Shown here piece after piece: positions 58,448 through 64,000 of a DNA stretch of 64,000 bases. The first letter of the stretch is position 1, and each line of letters starts with the position of its first letter. The stretch comes from Felis catus. Its lineage: Eukaryota. The notes below the pieces were generated by a model. That model was not told the origin of the DNA, did no database searches, and saw only the letters and a program-made list of their open reading frames with translations. The position numbers and the translations under genes are program-made. The stretch covers positions 88,104,001-88,168,000 of the forward strand of contig NC_058368.1 of NCBI RefSeq assembly GCF_018350175.1. Reading direction: 5' to 3'.

Positions 58448-61400
58448 CGCCGGGCGGGAGAGCGCGGAGGGCCGGGAGTCCGCCCCGAGAGCACGGGCGC
58501 CGGGGCGGGCCGGGCCCTGGGAGCTGGCGGGCGGCGGTGCTGGGCCCTCCTGCGGCCGCGAGGTGCGCGGGGTGCGCGGGTGTGCGCCGGTGCGCGGGCT
58601 CCGAGGGCGGCGCTGCGCCAGGTGGGCCGGCGGCCGGGCGGCGGGCCGGGGCCCGGGGCGGCGCGGGCCGGCGGGGGCGGGGCAGCGCCGCGGGGGGCGC
58701 CCGCCGGGGCCCGGGCCAGGGCCGGGGCGGGGCGGGCAGGGGGCGGGCGGGCGGGGCCCTGGAGCTGGGGCGGCGGCGGCCCCTCCCGTGGCCGCGGGGC
58801 GCGCGAGGCGCGCGGGGCGCGCCAGCTCCCAGGGCCGCGCTGTGCCAGATGGGCCGCTGGTCGGGCGGCCGGCGGGGGCTCAGGATGGTGGTCCACAGGC
58901 GCCCCTCCCAGCCCCAGGGCTGTGCCTGCCCGGGACTCCAGGGCCGCTCTGCGGTGTGGAGCCCTGCGCGCCCTGCGCTCTCCGTGTGACGCACGGTCCG
59001 GCTCTCGCTCCTGCTCCTGCTCTGTAGTGCGCTCTGTCTCTGCTCTCCAAGTGGCGGGTCTGCTCTTCCTTTCTTCCATCTCCTCGCCAGGGGGGTCTCT
59101 TCGTCCGAGACCAGTCCCTGGAGCCGCTCCCCGCTGGTCCACTGGGAACGAGCTGACCGCGCAGCTCGGCTGCGGAGACCCGCGGTGATGAAGGCGGCCT
59201 GCCCTGGGGACAGTGGCTGGGTGGGCGGCCAGGGCACGGTCCCCTGTCAGCACTGGTACACGGGCTGTCTGGAGCGTAGGTGTTGATGCCTCCACTTTGT
59301 TCTCCGCACCCCACCAGGAAAGAAGACGTCCAGTCCCGGGCGCTTCCTAGCGAGGGCAGGCAGTGCAGCCGGGCATCTCTCGCCCTGGGACCTCCAACCT
59401 CTGGGGCGGCCCAGAGCTCCTAGTCTTCCCCAGAAGGGATTTCTGACGACCTAGGTAAGCTTTATGATTTAGCTGATGGGGAAAGGGCAGACCAGAGAGT
59501 AAAGAGACCTATCCGAAGTCTCCAGGAGCAGCTAGCCAGTACCCACCGGATAGTCCACTGCAAAGCCCTCCTTGCATATTCTGGGGTATGCCAGAAAGAC
59601 ACCAGGGAACTTTTATTTGGAAGGGGAAGACCTGGTTCCATGTCTCCCCAGCTTCCCCTGGGGAAGCTGGTAACAGGTGAGAGGGCCTGTGCCTTTCAAG
59701 CGCCCTGTGGGAGACCTGTAAGTCCCTATGATAGGAATTCATGTCACTGCTGTGGAGTTTAGGGGAGCAACCTGCGGGTAGAAATCCCAACTCCGGGCTC
59801 TTTGATGTCTCTTTTCTTGTGGGTCACCTGCTTCTCCCATGAGTCCTCTCCAGCCGTGCCTCACCACCTGGCCTGCAGTGTGGGGGCCCCATGGAGAGAC
59901 CGTGGGGTGTGCATGTGGCCTTTTCTCTGGGCAGAGGTGCCTTAGCGTCCCTCCAGGTGCCCCAGTGAGAAACAGAGGCAGGCCACGCCCACTGCTTGCT
60001 GCCCCCACCCACCTTGGTTTCCACATCTGGGAAAAGAGTCAGCCCCAGGGGTGGGTCACCTGGGTGATGCGTCAGGAGTCTTTTCCCATGTATGGAGCGA
60101 GAGCCCTTCTCTTTCAAGGAAACTTTCCTGCACACTGCCTTTGGGATCCAGTTAAGTCTATGCATGCCCGGACCCTCTACCGCACCCCTCCCCTCACCTC
60201 CAGTCACCGCAAGCTCCCCACCTGCGGAGGCAAGGAAGAAGATTCTGGAATGAAGTAGGGTGGGTGGGAGGGGAGCTGGCTCACCCGCCTCTGGACTTCC
60301 CCTCTGTCTCAGTGAAAATCCCACCCAATTATCGCATTACCGGGGGCCTGGGCTGTGGGAGTGGGGTGGGGGCCCCGCCGAGGCAGCTCCTGCTCCCCCT
60401 CGCAGCTGTGGGGCCAGGGGATTAGAGTACTAATGGGGAGCCCCCAGAGGCTGCTGGCTCTGCACACACAGAGGGGATGGAGCTGGTGGACACAGTCTTC
60501 TCATCTGCCAGGCCCCTCTGGGCTCCCTTGGCCACTGGTTTCTCCCTCCTTTGCCTCTTCCCTCTGCTGTGCAGGTGAGTGCAGGGGAGAGTGAGCTGGG
60601 CAGCGCTTTCTGATGCAGGGGGAGAGAGTGGGGGAGTTCCTCCGAGGATGTGCATCTTGGCAAGCCTCTGGGCAGGCTGCAGCCTGGCTGAGCAGCTTGA
60701 TGGTGGCCCTGGGCTGGGGGCTTCGAGAGCCCTTCCTTACCCACCTGTGGTCTTTGCATGCAGAGACCTTGGAGGGAAGGCTTGCCTGGCTTGGCCTCCT
60801 GGGTCTGGATGGCAGGGGGCCACCAGCCTTCCAGGGATCCTGGGAGACACCACAGAGGGGGAGTGGGCATCTTCCATGCTCCGGAGTCTGTTTCCTGAGA
60901 CCACAGAAGCATGGGGGTGTGGTGGCGTTCTTTCCCACTCCCTGACTTTCAGCGGGAAATTCTGCATTGGCATGAGGGTAGAGTCCAGCCTGACAGGTCT
61001 TTGCTCTGTGCTGGGGGTTCTGTGGCGCCTGCCAGGGGCCCGCTGGCTCCAGGCCTCCAGGAGCCCTCTGTGGCTGAGGACGGTTTCCTGGCAGTGCCCC
61101 CTGCTGTCATGCAGAGGGAACTTCCTTGGCAGACCCCCGCCACAGGGCTGTCGAAGTATTCCCCACTCAGGGATGACCCAGTAGGAAGGATCCCATGGTG
61201 GGCTCCCAGAAGCCCCAGGGTAAGCCCCCAGGGGAAGAAGGCCCTGTCCCAGGAGGTCTGGGAGGCCAGCTGAGAGGGCAGTTTGCTTAGTGAGGTAGTG
61301 AGCTCCCTGTCAGTGGTGGTATTTGAACCCCCTGTGTCAGATGTCAGTCCTTCCTGTCCTCGGAGGGGAGGACCAGGCTGCAGACCTGCTTACTTGCTTC

Positions 61401-64000
61401 CTGGAGCCCTGGAGCCTGTGGTTGTGAGATCAGGAGGACCTGGGATCCTGCCCCATGCACGGGTCACCCAGGGACAGCTGCTTGTCAGGTGGAGACTTTC
61501 TGTCCCTCATCACCATTTACAGAACCCAGGCCAAGAGAACAACCTGATGGTGTGGCTTAGCAAGCGACTTGGTCCAGATAACAAACGTAGTCATCAGTAG
61601 GTCTTTGAAAAAAGTACGGTTTGTAAGTCATTCTCCCATGACTGCAGTTATGTGGGGAGGAGGCGAGGCCCCTCATGTCACCAGCACCTCCTCTTTATCA
61701 CAGTAGCAGCCAGGAACCCAGCAGAGGCAGCACGTATCTCTCCCACAGATGAGGCTACTGCTGTGTGTCTGTGAGCATGGAAAACACCCCCCCCCCAACA
61801 CCCTTGGGGATTTGCTGGCACACCCCTGGGTGCCTTGGCACACAGTTTGGGAACAGGGCTCTATTGACAGCAGCGGGGGCAGGGGGAGGGGGAGGGGAGG
61901 TCCGCTGTCACCACTGGCCCACAGTTTCCCTCTTATGTTGTGTTCTAAGAGCCTTTCCTCCCCAGCCCAGATCTGAGTCAAATGTTCACTCCCTCTTGGT
62001 TTCCAGAAGGTCCCTGTAAAGGTAAGCTGTCACATCAGATGACTTGTCTGAGACTGAGTACAGTGATGATGCCACATGCTCTGGGGCCCTGGTCCCCCAC
62101 TGTCCTGGGAAGGGACCCCAAGGAGGCTCAGGGCGGTGTACTACCAACTTCCCCTATGCTCCAGAAGGACTCCAGGCAGGTCAGGGCTCTCTGTGGATTA
62201 CATATGCCACAAAAGTAAGGCCCTCCAGATCTGAATGCCAGTGGTGGGACTCAGGGCCTCGAGGTGGGGAGAGAAGCCAGGATGGGGTGTAGAGGGGGTG
62301 GTGGGGCGTGTTCTTGCGGGGAGCACCCATGGTCCCTGGGGCTCGTCTCTGTGCCTGGGCTCCTGGGAGATGGGGCAGACCTTCTGAGAACCCACCCATC
62401 TGTCTCAAGTTACCTTCCACAGTGGGCACTCCACCCCAGCCGACACTGGAGCCCTGGGTCAGCCCCTTCTTGCACAGAGGAACCGGGCTCAGGGCAGTGA
62501 CAGGGGACCCAGGGGTGTCTGGACCCCTCCTCCAGACACCTCCAATGCCTTTCTGCTGGGGGATCACCAGCCCGCACCTCTGGGGTGTTCCATGGAAGGC
62601 CGCCATCAGGCTCAGAGAATGTGTGTCCCCCACGGCCCAGACCTGTGCATTCTGGGGTGTGCAGCCCTAGCTCATGCGTCTTACTCCGTGGTCACCCCAG
62701 ACTCCTGCCTCTGCTCCACTTAGGACATGGCCACCTAGCAGGCGTGGCTGACACTGTGCTTGCCAAAGCTTGCGTTATTCTTGAGTCCACTGTCCCCGGT
62801 CACTCTGACAGACAGAAGTGGCCTCATGATGTTGGAATTTGGAGGGCAGGGGTGGGGGGAAGGGTGGAATCCTGGAGTCATAGAAACGGGGCCCCAAGTT
62901 CTAGGCCCCCAAGTAGCCACGCTGTGAATTCTCCGTGAAGGAGTACATTTGCTCCTGATGTGCTGGCGTCTCCCAGCCACAAAGTCATGGGGCCCAGAGC
63001 AGCTGGAAATAGAGCCATTGAATCCTGGCATCATATGATTCCCAAAGCAGGGAGCCACAGCTGGAGAGTCTTAGACCCATAAAAAAACAGAATGTGGGGG
63101 TACAAATAAGCATGGCAGTGCTGTCATCACCACTGTGCGCGCTGTAAGTCAGCTGCCCTGGGGTCTGGACCTCTCTGAGGTCTCACTCACCTGCCAGATG
63201 CCGAATTTAGCCCAGCCTTCCTGTCCAGGGTGCTACCGGTTTGCACAGCCGCGCTTCTGGGCCGACAGCGCCACCATGTGGAAACGCTAAGCGAGGTAGT
63301 GTGGTCCGGAAACCAGGGGTCGCTTGCGGATCCCCCGCCTGCAGGCCTCTGGGCTCAGCTGCGGGTGGGGCAGGCCCAGCCCCTCCTCAGTCCTCAGCAT
63401 TCCTGCCTCCCCCACCCCCCTCGAGTGCAGATCACTCTCCTCCTGGTAACCAGTGCCCACAGCCCTGGCTAGTCTGCATTGGGTGCAATGGGAAAACTGC
63501 TTGATTCCCAGACAACTTGAGATGTGGTGTCACTAACCCTCAGGGCATGAGTCACAGCTCAGGCCCCAGGGGTCAAGATTGAAGCTCTTGGGGTGGGCGT
63601 TCAGAGTGTCAGGGCCTCGTTAGTGGCACCCTTCCTGTGCTGCCCATGACCTGCCCACGGTCTGTGATTCCCTTGACACCAAGACCCTCACTCCTTCTGT
63701 GCACCCTCAGTGCCACCTCTGGTTCCATCAGCAAAAGCAGGGGGAAGCATGCACCCCTCCACGCCCCTCCCTGGTCTGAAGAGGCCGGATGTCACCTCCC
63801 CACACCTCTCTAGTGGGCACTGTGGGTCAGAAGGGGTGAGCAGGGCAGGGCAGGGTCTCCACTGGCCACTCCTTCCATTTTGCTGCATTGGTATGTGGTG
63901 CCGTGTATCCTGCAAAGCTCCATCCCTGCCTTCCTGCTCTGCAGCCCACCCACCCCCCCCACCCCCGCCTCCCCAGCTTCCCCATCAAGTAGCTTCTTTC

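Larger units (their letters stand above)
56900..59400. promoter_or_regulatory. CpG island covering the WNT3A promoter, exon 1 and the start of intron 1
   Basis: Very high GC and CpG density peaking at 58450-58900. Tandem GC boxes (GGGGCGGGGC near 58724-58733). No obvious TATA box. Confidence 0.9.

Noticed and set aside
58071..59237. Long overlapping ORFs (200-388 aa) across the promoter
   Set aside because: Low-complexity Ala/Pro/Arg/Gly translations typical of CpG islands. The true exon 1 is the 71-nt segment.
63705..63820. Further CTCF-like motifs (gtgccacctctggtt, cctctctagtgggcac)
   Set aside because: Each departs from the core consensus at key positions and cannot be supported without a matrix scan.

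Overview
Mammalian genomic DNA, GC-rich, from a carnivore and most likely a feliform (tRNA-derived Can-SINEs of the SINEC_Fc type and a felid-type L1 3' end). The window holds the complete WNT3A gene on the minus strand: four coding exons (58447-58377, 44128-43887, 24713-24448, 18214-17735) of 71+242+266+480 = 1059 nt, giving 352 aa plus stop, with GT-AG junctions throughout. It also contains a promoter CpG island, an intron-2 CpG island and a G-rich repetitive 3' UTR. The rest is intronic or intergenic, with SINEs, L1, L2, MaLR/ERVL LTRs, MER DNA transposons and many tandem repeats. I see no second protein-coding gene, no RNA gene and no CRISPR array, and I cannot support a new protein-based system. 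The notable signals are non-coding: a duplicated 43-bp CTCF-like cassette, several palindromic motif clusters (candidate enhancers), a direct-repeat-flanked inverted (CATC)n/(GATG)n module, a (TG)15(CG)10 Z-DNA tract, and intronic poly(A) signals. Repeat family names come from recognition by eye and their boundaries are approximate.
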